Notes: generated by a model not told the origin, from the sequence alone. 64,000 nt of DNA from a bacterium (GCA_965202625.1 CBDBBI010000010.1:2752001-2816000), one strand, 5' to 3'. Positions 9,830 through 21,077 are shown, counted from the first letter of the stretch. A program made the numbers and translations.

Positions 9830-11134
9830 TTGGGCGAAGGATGCCGTCAGGCGCTTTTTCAAACGGACAACGAAATGTGTTTCGAATCTGAGGCGAGAGC
9901 GACCTTGAGGGGTAAGTGGAAGGCGGCGGTGACCTTCTTCACCGAATTGGATGAGCGCTTTCAGAGGCGCTCACCGCTTTCACGGGTGGCATTTGGCGGG
10001 CTTTTGTGTTTTGCCGCCGTCGCCCCGTTTTCGATATCGCTCGCCCAAATTTGCGTCTTCACGGCCATGGTGGCATGGCTGGCTTCCATGGGGAAAGAAG
10101 CTCCCTTGCTGACCCAGAAATTTCCCCTGTGGAGGCCTTGGCTTCTTTTCGCGCTGTTGACCCTCGCAAGTGCCTTCTACTCTCTCGATCCGCTCAAAAG
10201 CCTGCTCAAGACGAGGGAATTGACCCAAATCATGATTTTTTATTTGGCCATCAACGCCATTGAGGATGACAAGGAGGCGCTTTGGCTGGTGAAAGTCCTC
10301 TTCGCAGCCACGAGCGTTGCTGTTCTATATTCTCTGGCCGTTTCCCTGGAACTGCCCTTGTCGTTGCGCAACCGGCTATCGGGCTTTTTGAATAATCCTA
10401 TGACGCTTGGCGGTTTTTTGCTTCTGGTGGCGATCTTGGCCCTTTCTTATGTCTTCGTGCCCGCCCGGAAGCGAGGGGGCGCATGGGTCTATGGGTCGAT
10501 CGTGCTGATCATCGTGGCATTGGTGGCCACCTTAAGTCGCAACGCATGGGTGGGCATTGTCGTGGGGATGGCCGTCGCCGCCGGGGCGTGCAAGAGCAGA
10601 AAAGGGGGACTGATCTTGGCGGCGGCGGTCGTATCTATGCTGTTCATGACACCCGATGTCGTGCGTCAGCGCGTGAAGAGCATCGTAAATGTTCAAGACG
10701 GGTCGATCGCGACACGGATATACATGTGGAAAAGTGGCGTGCGGATGTGGTCGGACAGGAAAATTCTGGGTTTCGGCCCCGGCCTGCTCAAAAACCATTA
10801 CTATGCGCGATATGCAAACCCCAAGGCGCCGATGAAATCTTACGGCCATTTGCACAACAACGTAGTGCACTTGGCGGCTGAGCGCGGGGCTCTCTCCTTG
10901 GGCGCATGGGTTTGGGCCTGGGTCGGGTATTTCATTCTGGTGATCAGGCGGCTCCGAGACGCGCGGGCCGCGCCTTTCGGAACGCGATTTCGGATCGTGG
11001 GTGGCTTGGCCGCCGCCGCGGGTTTTTTGAGTGCGGGAATGTTCGAATATAATTTTGGCGATTCCGAGGTGGTGATGCTCGCGTTTATGGCGACGGCTCT
11101 GCCTTTTATGGGAAAGAAGGACAAGACTTTTTAG
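9830..11134 (+). CDS. O-antigen ligase (WaaL-like); true start may be downstream
   Basis: Multi-TM protein with TLSRNAW, R..MW...LGFGPG and HLHNNVVHLAAERG. Confidence 0.85.
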   Translation: MGEGCRQALFQTDNEMCFESEARATLRGKWKAAVTFFTELDERFQRRSPLSRVAFGGLLCFAAVAPFSISLAQICVFTAMVAWLASMGKEAPLLTQKFPLWRPWLLFALLTLASAFYSLDPLKSLLKTRELTQIMIFYLAINAIEDDKEALWLVKVLFAATSVAVLYSLAVSLELPLSLRNRLSGFLNNPMTLGGFLLLVAILALSYVFVPARKRGGAWVYGSIVLIIVALVATLSRNAWVGIVVGMAVAAGACKSRKGGLILAAAVVSMLFMTPDVVRQRVKSIVNVQDGSIATRIYMWKSGVRMWSDRKILGFGPGLLKNHYYARYANPKAPMKSYGHLHNNVVHLAAERGALSLGAWVWAWVGYFILVIRRLRDARAAPFGTRFRIVGGLAAAAGFLSAGMFEYNFGDSEVVMLAFMATALPFMGKKDKTF

Positions 11135-11161
11135 AGACCGGGTTTCTTTTTGCGTCGCGTA

Positions 11162-12346
11162 TTACCAAAATCGCAACAAAGATTGGAAAAAGCCCGCTTT
11201 TTCTACTGGCTCAGCGGCTACGAGGATGACCTCGCCAAGTTTGTTTCCGCCCAGCTCATATATGACGCGGCCCACCCTTTGGCCGGCGCGGACGGGCGCT
11301 GGTATCGCTTGCGGCAATTCCGCCTTCATGGATATGTGTTTCTCTTCGCCTCGTTTCACCAACGCCTTCACCATTCCCTGAGGCTGGATGCGGATCGTTG
11401 GTTTCCGGCCGTTAAGCACCCTGATTTGCTGGTGTTTCAGTTTCTTTTTTTGCCCGGCGTCGATCCATCGATATTGAGCGAAACCCCAGGTGAGTAAGCG
11501 CTTGGCTTCCTTGAAGCGGCGTCGAGAGTGGCTCGAACCCGTCACGACGGCGATCAGCCTCAAATTTTTCCGCTTGGCCGTGGCGACGATGCTGAACCCC
11601 GCTTTTCGGTGATAACCTGTTTTCAAGCCGTCCATTCCCCGAAACCGACCCAGAAGAGTGTTCGTGTTGGTGAGGATGAACTTCCCGTTCCGGAAAGGTG
11701 CCCTCTTGATGGCGCTCCACTTCCTGATCAATGGGTATTTCAACAGCTCTCTAGCGAGAATGCTGGCGTCTCGAGCACTCATTCGATTGCCCGGTCTCCC
11801 TCTCCTCGAGGGAAGGCCGTTGACGTTCACAAAGCGGGTGTCCGTCATGCCGAGCTCTTTGGCGCGCTGGTTCATCATTTCGACGAACACCTCGACGTCT
11901 GCGGCAATGTGCTCCGCCACGGCGTAGGAGGAATCGTTCGCGGAGCTGATGATGATGGATTTCATCAAATCTTCTACGGGAACTTTCTCTCCTTGCTTCA
12001 GATACACTTGCTGCCCCCCGATTTGGGAGGCGCTTCTGCTCGTAGTGACCACCTCGTCTAGGCGGATGACGCCTCTTTTCATATGCTCCATGGCGAGCAG
12101 CGCTGTCATCATTTTGACGATGGACGCAGGTCTTATGGGGAGCCGCGCATTGCGTGATTTCAGAACCTGCCCCGTGTCCGCTTCGAGCAGCAGGAAGGAG
12201 CGATAGGGGATAACTTTACTTCGAGAACGCCCTTTGCGGGCGGAAGCCGGGTCGATGTTGAACGTCAGGAAAGATGCGAATGCGAACGACATAAATGTGA
12301 TGATGGAGCACAGAAATCGTCGGCGGCGTTTCGAGGCGAATAGCAT
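11162..12346 (-). CDS. dacA: D-alanyl-D-alanine carboxypeptidase (S11, PBP5-like)
   Basis: PASIVK (SxxK), SAN (SxN) and GLKTG (KTG). RBS GGGGAG precedes the ATG at 12346. Confidence 0.88.
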   Translation of the reverse strand: MLFASKRRRRFLCSIITFMSFAFASFLTFNIDPASARKGRSRSKVIPYRSFLLLEADTGQVLKSRNARLPIRPASIVKMMTALLAMEHMKRGVIRLDEVVTTSRSASQIGGQQVYLKQGEKVPVEDLMKSIIISSANDSSYAVAEHIAADVEVFVEMMNQRAKELGMTDTRFVNVNGLPSRRGRPGNRMSARDASILARELLKYPLIRKWSAIKRAPFRNGKFILTNTNTLLGRFRGMDGLKTGYHRKAGFSIVATAKRKNLRLIAVVTGSSHSRRRFKEAKRLLTWGFAQYRWIDAGQKKKLKHQQIRVLNGRKPTIRIQPQGMVKALVKRGEEKHISMKAELPQAIPAPVRAGQRVGRVIYELGGNKLGEVILVAAEPVEKAGFFQSLLRFW

Positions 12347-12745
12347 GATGATCTCCCCTTGGCGTCGAGCGAATCTCAAGAATTCTCTCAATACAATAGC
12401 ATAAACCATTGAATATGAAAAACATTATACTTTTTGAGCGTGTTTGTCAAAGGGAGAACATTATTGGAAATAAGCGTAATTGTAGAAGAGATGCCATGAT
12501 GGTTCACCTTAGTGTTTCTATCGTTAATCTGTGGTGGAGGGCAGGGGCGGGGCTATATGTCCATGCCGGGGGCGTGAAATTCCGTTTGTTTATTGCGCCT
12601 CGTGATTCGCTCTGGTAAGGTGAACTTTATCTAAACGTCATGGGATGCCCATTTTCGACGTGGCGGTTGCGCGTGAATTGTGCTCGGTGACAAAGCGAGG
12701 CTTGAGATTCTTTTTTCCACTGAGGGAGAAGAAGGAGGTCTTCTC

Positions 12746-13636
12746 ATGTTCAAGGGCTCTTATGTCGCGATGGTCACCCCGTTTCGCGACGGAAAACTCG
12801 ATGAAGAGGGTATTCGCTCTCTGGTGGAATTTCATATCGAAAATGGAACGCATGGGATTGTGGCGTGTGGAACTACGGGAGAATCCGCCACGCTGAGCCA
12901 CGAAGAGCACGACCGGGTTGTGGAGTTGGTAATCGAGCAGGTCGGCGGGAGAATTCCCGTCATCGCCGGCTCCGGATCGAACAGCACGGCGGAGGCGGTG
13001 CAGCGCACCCGATTCGCCATGCGCGCCGGAGCGGATGGCGCGCTCCTCGTGGCGCCCTATTACAACAAGCCGACGCAAGAGGGACTTTATAAGCATTTTC
13101 ACGCGATCGCGGAATCGACGGACATCCCCATCGTTCTCTACAACGTGCCCGGCCGCACGGTCGTCCAGATAGCACCCGACACGGTGGCGCGTCTCGCGGA
13201 GATTCCCCACATCACCGGCATCAAAGAGGCGACGGGGAATTTGGCGAATTGCTGCGATATCATCTCCCGCGCGCCGGATGATTTTATCGTGCTTTCCGGG
13301 GATGATTTTGTCACCTTGCCGATGATGGCGATGGGCGCGGTGGGCACGATTTCGGTGACCGCGAACGTGGCGCCCGCAGACGTGTCCCAGATGTGTCAGG
13401 CCCAGCTGGATGGGGACGCCGCCAGGGCGAGAAAATTGCATTACAAGATGTGGGAGCTCAACCACATGATGTTTTGCGAAACGAATCCGATTCCTGCGAA
13501 AGCGACCCTGGCGATCATGGGGCGCATCGCGCTGGAGTACAGGCTGCCTCTCTGTGCGCCCTCGGACGCTAACATGAGGAGGTTGGAGGCGTTCACGAGG
13601 AAATACGGGTTGATCGAGGAGGCGGTGACGACGTAG
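12746..13636 (+). CDS. dapA: 4-hydroxy-tetrahydrodipicolinate synthase
   Basis: GTTGES, APYYNKP, LYNVPGRT, GIKEA and ETNPIP; RBS AAGGAGG. Confidence 0.95.
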   Translation: MFKGSYVAMVTPFRDGKLDEEGIRSLVEFHIENGTHGIVACGTTGESATLSHEEHDRVVELVIEQVGGRIPVIAGSGSNSTAEAVQRTRFAMRAGADGALLVAPYYNKPTQEGLYKHFHAIAESTDIPIVLYNVPGRTVVQIAPDTVARLAEIPHITGIKEATGNLANCCDIISRAPDDFIVLSGDDFVTLPMMAMGAVGTISVTANVAPADVSQMCQAQLDGDAARARKLHYKMWELNHMMFCETNPIPAKATLAIMGRIALEYRLPLCAPSDANMRRLEAFTRKYGLIEEAVTT

Positions 13637-13698
13637 CGTTCGGACGAAGTAGTGGAATCTGGGCACTCCCACTTTTGGCTTTTGACGTCCCGCGACGA

Positions 13699-14577
13699 CT
13701 ATTCTTCCAGCCCTAAGACCTTGAGGGCGTTTCCGCCGAACCAGAGGTCTTTTACGTCGTCTTTGATCGGGAACTTGTTGAATTCGGCCAAACTCTCCTT
13801 GGGGCTGATCATCGGCCAGTTCGAGGCCCAGAGAATCTTATTCTTGAGCACGGAATTTCCATAGCGAATCAAGGGTTCCCATCCGGTGTCGGGCGTGCCG
13901 ATGTATCTGGGCATCGTGCCGCTGATCTCGATATACAGATTGGGGTGCCGCCAACTCACCGCGATCATTTCCGCGATCCACGGCCAGCCCCCGTGGACCG
14001 CCACGATGCGAAGCTCCGGAAAGTCTCTCGCCACCTCGTCCAGGTAGATCGGGCGTCCAAAGTCGAGCAGGTGTGAACGCGAGAGGTTCATGGACGTGTG
14101 GAGCAGAACGGGGACGTCCAACTCCACGCATTTGGCGTAAATGGGGTAGAATTTCTTGTCGTTCGCGTAAATACCGAGCTCCCATGGCCCCATGTTCACG
14201 CCTCTGAGTCCGTAATCCTTCACGTCGCGCTCCAGATCGCGCAGCGCGTCCATGCCGCGAAAAGGGTCGCACCCAGCCGTTCCTAGGAGGCGGTTCGGAT
14301 GATCCTTGATGTATTCGTGCAAAACCTCGGCGGGGAATTTCGCGCCGTGGATCGTCGTCATGTCGGAAATTTTGATTAGTGCCTTGTCCACGCCTTGCGC
14401 GTCCAGGAAGGCGACGAACACATCCGGCTTCATGTAGTCGTGTTCCTCCTCGTTCCCGTAAACCTTGTCTCCATAGTGCCTGGCGTAGTCCGTGAAGCGG
14501 CCTTTTGGCTTCAGGTATCTGTCCAGACCCTCGGGGATGGGGCACGAGACTCTAAAATCAACGATGGGGGTACGCAT
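13699..14577 (-). CDS. Amidohydrolase_2 family protein
   Basis: YPIYAKCVELDVPVLLH, DFPELRIVAVHGGWPW and ASNWP. Confidence 0.85.
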   Translation of the reverse strand: MRTPIVDFRVSCPIPEGLDRYLKPKGRFTDYARHYGDKVYGNEEEHDYMKPDVFVAFLDAQGVDKALIKISDMTTIHGAKFPAEVLHEYIKDHPNRLLGTAGCDPFRGMDALRDLERDVKDYGLRGVNMGPWELGIYANDKKFYPIYAKCVELDVPVLLHTSMNLSRSHLLDFGRPIYLDEVARDFPELRIVAVHGGWPWIAEMIAVSWRHPNLYIEISGTMPRYIGTPDTGWEPLIRYGNSVLKNKILWASNWPMISPKESLAEFNKFPIKDDVKDLWFGGNALKVLGLEE

Positions 14578-14699
14578 CCCTACACTCCAGAGAACGAGAA
14601 CCGCAAGCGCTTGGAATCGCAACCCAGAGGATACATCACGCCGGTCGTTTTCGGGTAGCGATGAGAAGAAAAACCTCCCCTGCCTCGCCACGCCGGAGG

Positions 14700-15754
14700 A
14701 TACAGTTATCTACCCTCTCCCCATCTTGGAACAGAAGGTTTTTTCGTGAAAGAGCGCAGTCCGCCGCAACGCCATTGGCTTTGGGCTATTTGCAGGTGCC
14801 CATGATGCTCGTCTATGTGAACTATGTGGCGGCGCTGCAGTTGTTCAAGGCGGAATGGGGTCTGCGCAGTGCGCAGGCGGGCACGATTTATGCGGCGTTT
14901 TACGTGGGCTACATCCTCGCCTCGGCCGTGCTGTCGACCGCCACGGAATACATGAGCGTGAAAAAGATGTATTTGGTATCGAGTTTTTGGTTGATGATCT
15001 TGAACTTCATGTTTCCATTCCTGGCCGATGGGTTTGTAAGCGCGTCGCTTTTTCGGGATCTCACGGGTGTGGGGCTGACCGGGACCTATGCGCCTGCGTC
15101 GAGATTGATGGCGGATATGTTTCGGAGGGGAAGCGCGCTCGCATGGTGGAGTCTATACGCTCTTTTATACCTTGGGCGTCGCCGTCTCGCTCTTATAATA
15201 ATGGGTACCCTCATTGCGAATTACGACTGGCGCACCGCCTTCGTTTCACGTCAATGGGTCCGGCGGTCGGATTTTTGGTCATGGCGTTTTGTTTCTGTCT
15301 TTGCCCTCCCCAAAGGGTCGGTGAGGGAGCGGGGTTTGAATTGCCCAGACTTCCGGCTCCCGTATGGGTGTTGGTGGGCGTCGTGGGTGCGCACAGGTGG
15401 GAGGTGTTCGCGTTCCGGAGCTAGATAGTCACTTTTTTGGCGGCCTCTAGGTGCTATTTCGGATCGGCATTGGGAATGCAGTCGGGTCTGGGCTTTTTGC
15501 TAGTTTCCCTCTCTCCGTCGGTGGTGGAAAAATTTTTGGACATGAGCAACGATTCGGGCGATGGTGGGTTTTCCGTGAATTGGGATTGGGCGTTCGTCGG
15601 CCCGGGGCTTGCGGTGCTCGCAGGCGCAATCGCCACTATTTTCTCGCGCGGCCTCTCGGCTGTGGAGGGAGCAAAACGGGAAAATGCGAGGCTTCCAGAA
15701 GGCACAAGGGTGAGTCCGCCCGCTCTTAACAGACAGCGACCCTCGGTGGAATGA
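14700..15754 (+). pseudogene. Degraded MFS transporter
   Basis: MFS-like helices (EWGLRSAQAGTIYAAFYVGY, GTYAP, GSALGMQSGLGF) are spread over several frames with stops, and the total is too short. Confidence 0.7.
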
Positions 15755-15761
15755 TGCCTTC

Positions 15762-15800
15762 TTGACCATATGGGCAGTTTTGATATAATATGGGACCATA
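15762..15800 (+). promoter_or_regulatory. Sigma70-like promoter with an overlapping palindromic operator candidate
   Basis: TTGACC-16 nt-TATAAT (15762-15789), then the palindrome TATGG-GA-CCATA (15789-15800), upstream of the ABC operon. Confidence 0.5.
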
Positions 15801-15921
15801 AATTTTGAGAAATATGATGACGTGATGAATTGCTTGTAACCGGATATAGGCGGGGAGACATGGGAGACATGTCTTTTCGCACTCTTTTCATTGTTGTTCC
15901 ACGAGCAGAGGAGAATGAAAA

Positions 15922-16935
15922 ATGCTCAAGCGAATTGTATTTGGCCTCATGGCGGCGGCTTTCTTGAGTGCGCCGGCGTTCGCCGCCGACGAAGCCACCA
16001 TGCGCGCCGCGAAGAAAGAGGGGAAGGTTACCTGGTATTCTTCCATCACGCTGAATATCGCGCAGGATATCTGCAACCGCTACAACAAGAAAAAAACGGG
16101 TGTGCAGTGCGTCCTCCACCGCGACGGCTCAGGTAAACTCTATCGTCGTTATCTGCAAGAGCGCAAAGGCGGAATCTATGTCGCCGACGTGATTCACACG
16201 TCAAACCTGGGACATTTCCTGAACCTCAAGAGCAAGAAAATCATCACGCCCTACAAGCCGGCCGGAACCGACAACTTCAATCCGAAGTTTGTCACGAAGG
16301 ACAATTACTGGACGATTCTCCGCGCGGGCTTGCTGATGCCGTTCTACAACACCAACAAGATCAGCGCGAAAGACGCCCCGAAGACGTATGCGGGCTTTCT
16401 TGATCCCAAATGGAAGGGTAAAATCGCTCACTCGCATCCGAGCTACAGCGGATTCGTCACGAACGGCATGATCAGCATCGTGAACAAATTCGGCTGGGGC
16501 TATTACGAAAAGATGGCGATGCAAAAGCCTAAAATTGTGCAGTCCGCAGCCGGCAGCATTCCCCTCGTCGCGCGCGGCGAGCTCTGGCTGGGAGCGGGCA
16601 CGACTTCCTATTCCCTGCTCAAGAAGATACAAGGCGGCGAGCCGCTCAAGCCCATCGTTCCTCCAGCCGGTCTTGCGCTCGTGACTTCGCCCAACGGCGT
16701 GTTCACGCAAGCGCCGAATCCCAACGCCGCGCGGGTGTTCACCGATTATCTGTTCAGCCAGGAGACGATGCAGCTTCTGGCGGACTACTTCCTCTACGTG
16801 GGCAACCCTGACGTGAAGTACCCCGAAGTGTTGCCGCCGCTCAAGGACATCAATCTTATGGCCATTGACGGAGATGAGCTGAAGAAGAAGAATAAGTCGA
16901 CGCGCAAGAAATTCAAGCAGCTCTTCGGCGTGTAA
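15922..16935 (+). CDS. ABC transporter substrate-binding protein (Fe3+/thiamine/polyamine class)
   Basis: Signal peptide; AAKKEGKVTWYSS, LDPKWKGKI and APNPNAARVF. Confidence 0.88.
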   Translation: MLKRIVFGLMAAAFLSAPAFAADEATMRAAKKEGKVTWYSSITLNIAQDICNRYNKKKTGVQCVLHRDGSGKLYRRYLQERKGGIYVADVIHTSNLGHFLNLKSKKIITPYKPAGTDNFNPKFVTKDNYWTILRAGLLMPFYNTNKISAKDAPKTYAGFLDPKWKGKIAHSHPSYSGFVTNGMISIVNKFGWGYYEKMAMQKPKIVQSAAGSIPLVARGELWLGAGTTSYSLLKKIQGGEPLKPIVPPAGLALVTSPNGVFTQAPNPNAARVFTDYLFSQETMQLLADYFLYVGNPDVKYPEVLPPLKDINLMAIDGDELKKKNKSTRKKFKQLFGV

Positions 16936-16942
16936 AAAACGT

Positions 16943-16995
16943 GAGCGGAAGCGGTTTCTCGTGCAAAATTAAGAAATCGCTTCCGCTTCGTTTTC
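16943..16995 (+). terminator. Intercistronic stem-loop after the binding-protein gene
   Basis: AGCGGAAGCGGTTTCT pairs with AGAAATCGCTTCCGCT and is followed by a short T run. Confidence 0.55.
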
Positions 16996-17062
16996 TGTTC
17001 TGGCGGGCGGAATTTTTTTGCGGGCAGTTTAACGCCGCGCGAAAAAAAGGGAAGGCGCGCAT

Positions 17063-18808
17063 ATGACGCAAGGCGCACAGCGACTCCCAGGAATGATGTC
17101 GGGCGGCGGTCCCTCATCCGCCAGGAAATTCGATTACACCGCCATCGTCTGGGTGATGATGTTCATCCTGCTGCTCATCCTGGTGGCGAATCCGATCTTT
17201 CAGCTTTTCAAAGAGAGTTTTTTTGTTTCGGAAGATGAGACCGGCGGCTTCACCTTTCAAAATTATTTCGACGCCTTTCAGACGTCGGAATACTACAAGC
17301 CAATGTATATCACCATCATGCTCGCTATTTCCGTTGGTTCCATATCCCTGGTGGTGGGAGCGATGATGGCCTGGGCAGTGAGCCGGACGGACATCCCGTT
17401 CCCGAATTTACTCAGAAACGGCATTTTGGCTTCTTTCGTAACCCCCCCTTTTCTGGGTGCCATCGCCTGGATATTCCTGGCGGGCAGAAACGAGGGGTGG
17501 CTGAACAAGTTGGTGCGCTGGGTATTTCACCTGAGCGACGAGTTTTATCTGTTTGACATATTTACGATGAAGGGCGTCGTATTCGCCATGTCGCTCTACA
17601 CCTTCCCTCTCGTCTTCATCGTCGTTCTATCCGGTTTGAACAGCATCTCCTCCGACGTGGAGGATGCGGCCAACGTGGCGGGCGGCGGCACTTTTCACAC
17701 GATGTTCAGCATCACCTTGCCGCTCGTGGCGCCCTCGCTGTTCGCCGGTTTCATTCTGGCGGCACTGGAGGCGATGATCCTTTTCGGCATCCCCGCCGTA
17801 TTGGCGATTCCCGCCGGCCAGCACACCATGACCACCCAGCTTCGGGCCTTCATGGTCTCCGAAGACGATCTCCTCGGCCTGGCCTCCGCCTACGCGATGC
17901 CCATGCTCGTTTTAGCGATCTGCATGGTCTGGACGCGGGGCGTGATTCTGGGCCGAAGGGGCTACGCTACGGTTGGGGGCAAAGGAGGCCAGAGGCGGCC
18001 GCAAAAGCTGGGAGTTTGGCGAATTCCGGTGTTTCTGTTCTGCCTGTTGCCGTTGGTGTGCGCCATCGTGTTGCCCGCGATGTCTTTGCTGACCACGTCG
18101 TTCATGAAAAACCTAGGCGGGGGGTTGGTTTGGGCGAATTTCACTCTGTGGAATTATCATTTCATCCTGACGAACGATGCGGTGAGGGTGGCGATATACA
18201 ATACGATTCTTCTGGCCATTATGGCGGCGACCGGCGCCACCGTCGTGGCTGCGATCTCCGCCTTCATCGCGCAGCGCAAGCTCATCAAGGGGCATCAATA
18301 TCTCGGATTCATGGCGACCGCGCCTATCGGAATTCCCGGCATCGTTTTGGCGGTGGGTCTTTTCGCGGCCTACACGAAACAGCCCTTCGTGCTCTATGGG
18401 ACGCTCTGGATCATGTTTTTGGCCTACCTCACCAAATATCTGCCCCTGGCGTATCAGACGTCGAACGCGGCGCTCACGAGCATTCATCCGGAGCTGGAGG
18501 AGAGTTGCCGCATCATGGGCGCGAATCGTCTTCAGGTTTTCAAGGACGTGACGGTGCCCTTGTTCAAGACCGGCATCATCGCGTCCTGGATTTTGGTGTT
18601 CATGCCCTCGCTCAGGGAGCTGAGCGCCTCGGTTTTGCTGTGGACGACGAATACGAAGGTCATCTCGGTGGTCATCGTTGATTTTTACGAGGAGTCGTTG
18701 CTGGGTCCTATATCCGCATTGGGAGTTTTGTTGCTGTTGATCACGCTGGTGGCCATTGCGGCTGGTTTCCGCTTGGTGGGAAGAGACTTCATGCGGTCCG
18801 CCGGATAG
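17063..18808 (+). CDS. Fused two-domain ABC permease (FbpB/ThiP-like)
   Basis: Two EAA-type loops (VEDAANVAGG; LEESCRIMGA) and many TM helices. Confidence 0.9.
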   Translation: MTQGAQRLPGMMSGGGPSSARKFDYTAIVWVMMFILLLILVANPIFQLFKESFFVSEDETGGFTFQNYFDAFQTSEYYKPMYITIMLAISVGSISLVVGAMMAWAVSRTDIPFPNLLRNGILASFVTPPFLGAIAWIFLAGRNEGWLNKLVRWVFHLSDEFYLFDIFTMKGVVFAMSLYTFPLVFIVVLSGLNSISSDVEDAANVAGGGTFHTMFSITLPLVAPSLFAGFILAALEAMILFGIPAVLAIPAGQHTMTTQLRAFMVSEDDLLGLASAYAMPMLVLAICMVWTRGVILGRRGYATVGGKGGQRRPQKLGVWRIPVFLFCLLPLVCAIVLPAMSLLTTSFMKNLGGGLVWANFTLWNYHFILTNDAVRVAIYNTILLAIMAATGATVVAAISAFIAQRKLIKGHQYLGFMATAPIGIPGIVLAVGLFAAYTKQPFVLYGTLWIMFLAYLTKYLPLAYQTSNAALTSIHPELEESCRIMGANRLQVFKDVTVPLFKTGIIASWILVFMPSLRELSASVLLWTTNTKVISVVIVDFYEESLLGPISALGVLLLLITLVAIAAGFRLVGRDFMRSAG

Positions 18809-18826
18809 AGAAGGGGGAGGTTTGCG

Positions 18827-19906
18827 TTGGCGGTTTTAGACTTGAGGGGCTTGCTGAAGATATTCGGAACGAGCGTTCGCGCGGTGGACGAGATAGACCT
18901 CCACATTGAGCACGGGGAGTTGATCTCTCTGTTGGGCCCCTCCGGTTGCGGCAAGACGACCACGCTGCGGCTTGTGGCTGGTTTCATCGAGCCCAACGCG
19001 GGTGAGATCGTGATGGATGGAGAAGTCATATCGAACGGCGACAGCGTTATTCCACCAGAACGGCGCAACATGAGCATGATTTTCCAGAGTTACGCTATCT
19101 GGCCGCACAAGACGGTGGCCCAAAACGTGGGCTACGGGCTAAAATTTCGCGGCGTCACTGGCGCCGATGCGGACAAGCGCGTGAAAAACTTGCTTTCCAT
19201 CGTTCAGATGGAGCATTTGGGCTCCCGGTATCCGGGGGAGCTTTCGGGCGGCCAGCAGCAGCGCGTGGCACTGGCCCGCGCCCTTGTGGTCGAGCCCGCC
19301 GTGTTGTTGCTTGACGAGCCGCTCTCGAACCTCGACGCCAACCTGCGCGAGGAGATGCGCTTTGAGATCCGGCGTTTGCATGATGAGTTTCACATCACGA
19401 GCATTTATGTGACGCACGATCAGGCTGAAGCCATGGTCACCAGCGACAGAATTTGCGTCATGAACAACGGGAAGATCGAGCAACTCGGCAAACCCTCGGA
19501 GATATACGACGTTCCGGCGACGAAGTTCGTGGCCGAATTTGTCGGCGTCACCAACTCGATTCAGGGAAGGATAAGCGCTCCGGGCCTTTTTGAGGCCAGC
19601 GAAGGGGCGAAGTTCATGATGAATTCCCATGGAGAGAAAACGGGTGGACTCGTCTCGATACGGCCCCATCGCGTTCGGGTGCATTCCGAAGACGCCGACG
19701 TGGGCGGCGCGGACGCTCAAAACGTTCTCGAAGGCGAGGTCACGCGGGGGTATTACTTCGGCAGCACGGTGGATTATCTCGTGAAGGTGGCGGGCTTGGA
19801 CGAGCCGCTTCGCGTCATTGGCGATCCCCATCAATTCTTTGGCGTGGGCAGCAAGGTGAGGCTGACCATCGACAAGTCAGCGGTCGTTCTCGTGAGCGAC
19901 AGTTAA
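18827..19906 (+). CDS. ABC ATP-binding protein (PotA/FbpC-like)
   Basis: GPSGCGKTT, LSGGQQQR, LLLDEPLSNLD and a TOBE-like tail. Confidence 0.92.
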   Translation: MAVLDLRGLLKIFGTSVRAVDEIDLHIEHGELISLLGPSGCGKTTTLRLVAGFIEPNAGEIVMDGEVISNGDSVIPPERRNMSMIFQSYAIWPHKTVAQNVGYGLKFRGVTGADADKRVKNLLSIVQMEHLGSRYPGELSGGQQQRVALARALVVEPAVLLLDEPLSNLDANLREEMRFEIRRLHDEFHITSIYVTHDQAEAMVTSDRICVMNNGKIEQLGKPSEIYDVPATKFVAEFVGVTNSIQGRISAPGLFEASEGAKFMMNSHGEKTGGLVSIRPHRVRVHSEDADVGGADAQNVLEGEVTRGYYFGSTVDYLVKVAGLDEPLRVIGDPHQFFGVGSKVRLTIDKSAVVLVSDS

Positions 19907-19916
19907 TTCATCGTTT

Positions 19917-20879
19917 ATGCGCATCGCTATTCCAGACGATAGTTTCCGCTTGTTCGAAGGTGCCGAAGCCCTTGGGCGATTGCGCGCCCTGGGCGATGTG
20001 CGGCACCACATGGACAACGCCGAAAGCGACGAAGCCCTTCGTGAGCGCCTTGAAGACGCAGAAATCATTTTGACGACGAGGTATCAAACCGACTTCAAGA
20101 CGACCGACTTGCTGGACCACATTCCCCATCTGAAAATGATTTCCGTGATGGGCACGCGCCCGCGCATGATCGACATGAATCGCGCCAACGAGCGCGGCAT
20201 CGTGGTGAGTATCACGCCCGGAGCGAGCGCCTCCTCGGTGGCTGAGCACACGATGATGCTGATGCTGGCGTTGGCGAAGAGGATGCCGCTCTTGTTCCCC
20301 GCCATGCGGGCGGGAGGTTGGCCCCGGGAGCATGGGGTCGAGCTTGCCGGAAAGACGCTGGGCCTCATCGGTTTCGGGCATATTGCTCGCCTGGTTTGCC
20401 GCATGGCGTTGGGTTTTGGAATGCGGGTCGTCGCTTGGTCGCCTTCGATGACGCCTGCGCGCGCGCGGGCGGAGGGGGCGAAAGCGGCTTCAGTTGATGA
20501 ATGTCTCTCATCCGACGTAGTGTCGCTCCATCTCCATTTACCAGTGAGCACCGCGCCTTTCATGACGAGAGAGAAGTTCGCCCGAATGAAGAGGGCGGCG
20601 TATTTCATCAATACCTCGCGCGCTCAAATCGTGGATGCAGGCGCGCTGCTGGATGCCCTGCAAGACGGACGCATCGCCGGTGCCGGCCTCGACGTTTTTG
20701 ATCCTTTCGAGCCGTTGCCGAAGGATTCCGCGTATCGATCTTTGGACAACGTCGTCATCACGCCGCACTCGGCGTGGATCACCGACGGGACATACGCCAG
20801 GTTCCGGAACATGCCGGTGGCGAACGTCGAGGCGTTCTTGAAGGGCGCGCCCATCAACGTCGCTACGGAAAACGCCTGA
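19917..20879 (+). CDS. D-isomer-specific 2-hydroxyacid dehydrogenase
   Basis: LIGFGHIA, INTSRA, LDVF..EP and TPH. Confidence 0.88.
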   Translation: MRIAIPDDSFRLFEGAEALGRLRALGDVRHHMDNAESDEALRERLEDAEIILTTRYQTDFKTTDLLDHIPHLKMISVMGTRPRMIDMNRANERGIVVSITPGASASSVAEHTMMLMLALAKRMPLLFPAMRAGGWPREHGVELAGKTLGLIGFGHIARLVCRMALGFGMRVVAWSPSMTPARARAEGAKAASVDECLSSDVVSLHLHLPVSTAPFMTREKFARMKRAAYFINTSRAQIVDAGALLDALQDGRIAGAGLDVFDPFEPLPKDSAYRSLDNVVITPHSAWITDGTYARFRNMPVANVEAFLKGAPINVATENA

Positions 20880-21077
20880 AAACCAGGCGCGGGCCGCCCG
20901 CCGGGGCAACGTAGCTTCCCTTGCTTGACCGCCGAAACTGCCTCTCATAAGGTTTTTGCCCGCCCACTCAGATGAAAATGCTTCCCTTGCATATCTCTTT
21001 GATGTAAGCGAATATGTTGCGAAAATTTTGCGTCGTTATAATTTGATAACACGAGTTCCATTTCGGGAGCACACGCC

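Noticed and set aside
12410-12745. Lysine riboswitch upstream of dapA
   Set aside because: I found no convincing AGAGGUGC/loop-E core or terminator; the region looks like a divergent promoter.
20959-20967. CCCGCCCAC match to the tRNA-Val 3' end as a possible att site
   Set aside because: The match is only 9 bp in GC-rich DNA, lies upstream of the tRNA, and there is no integrase.
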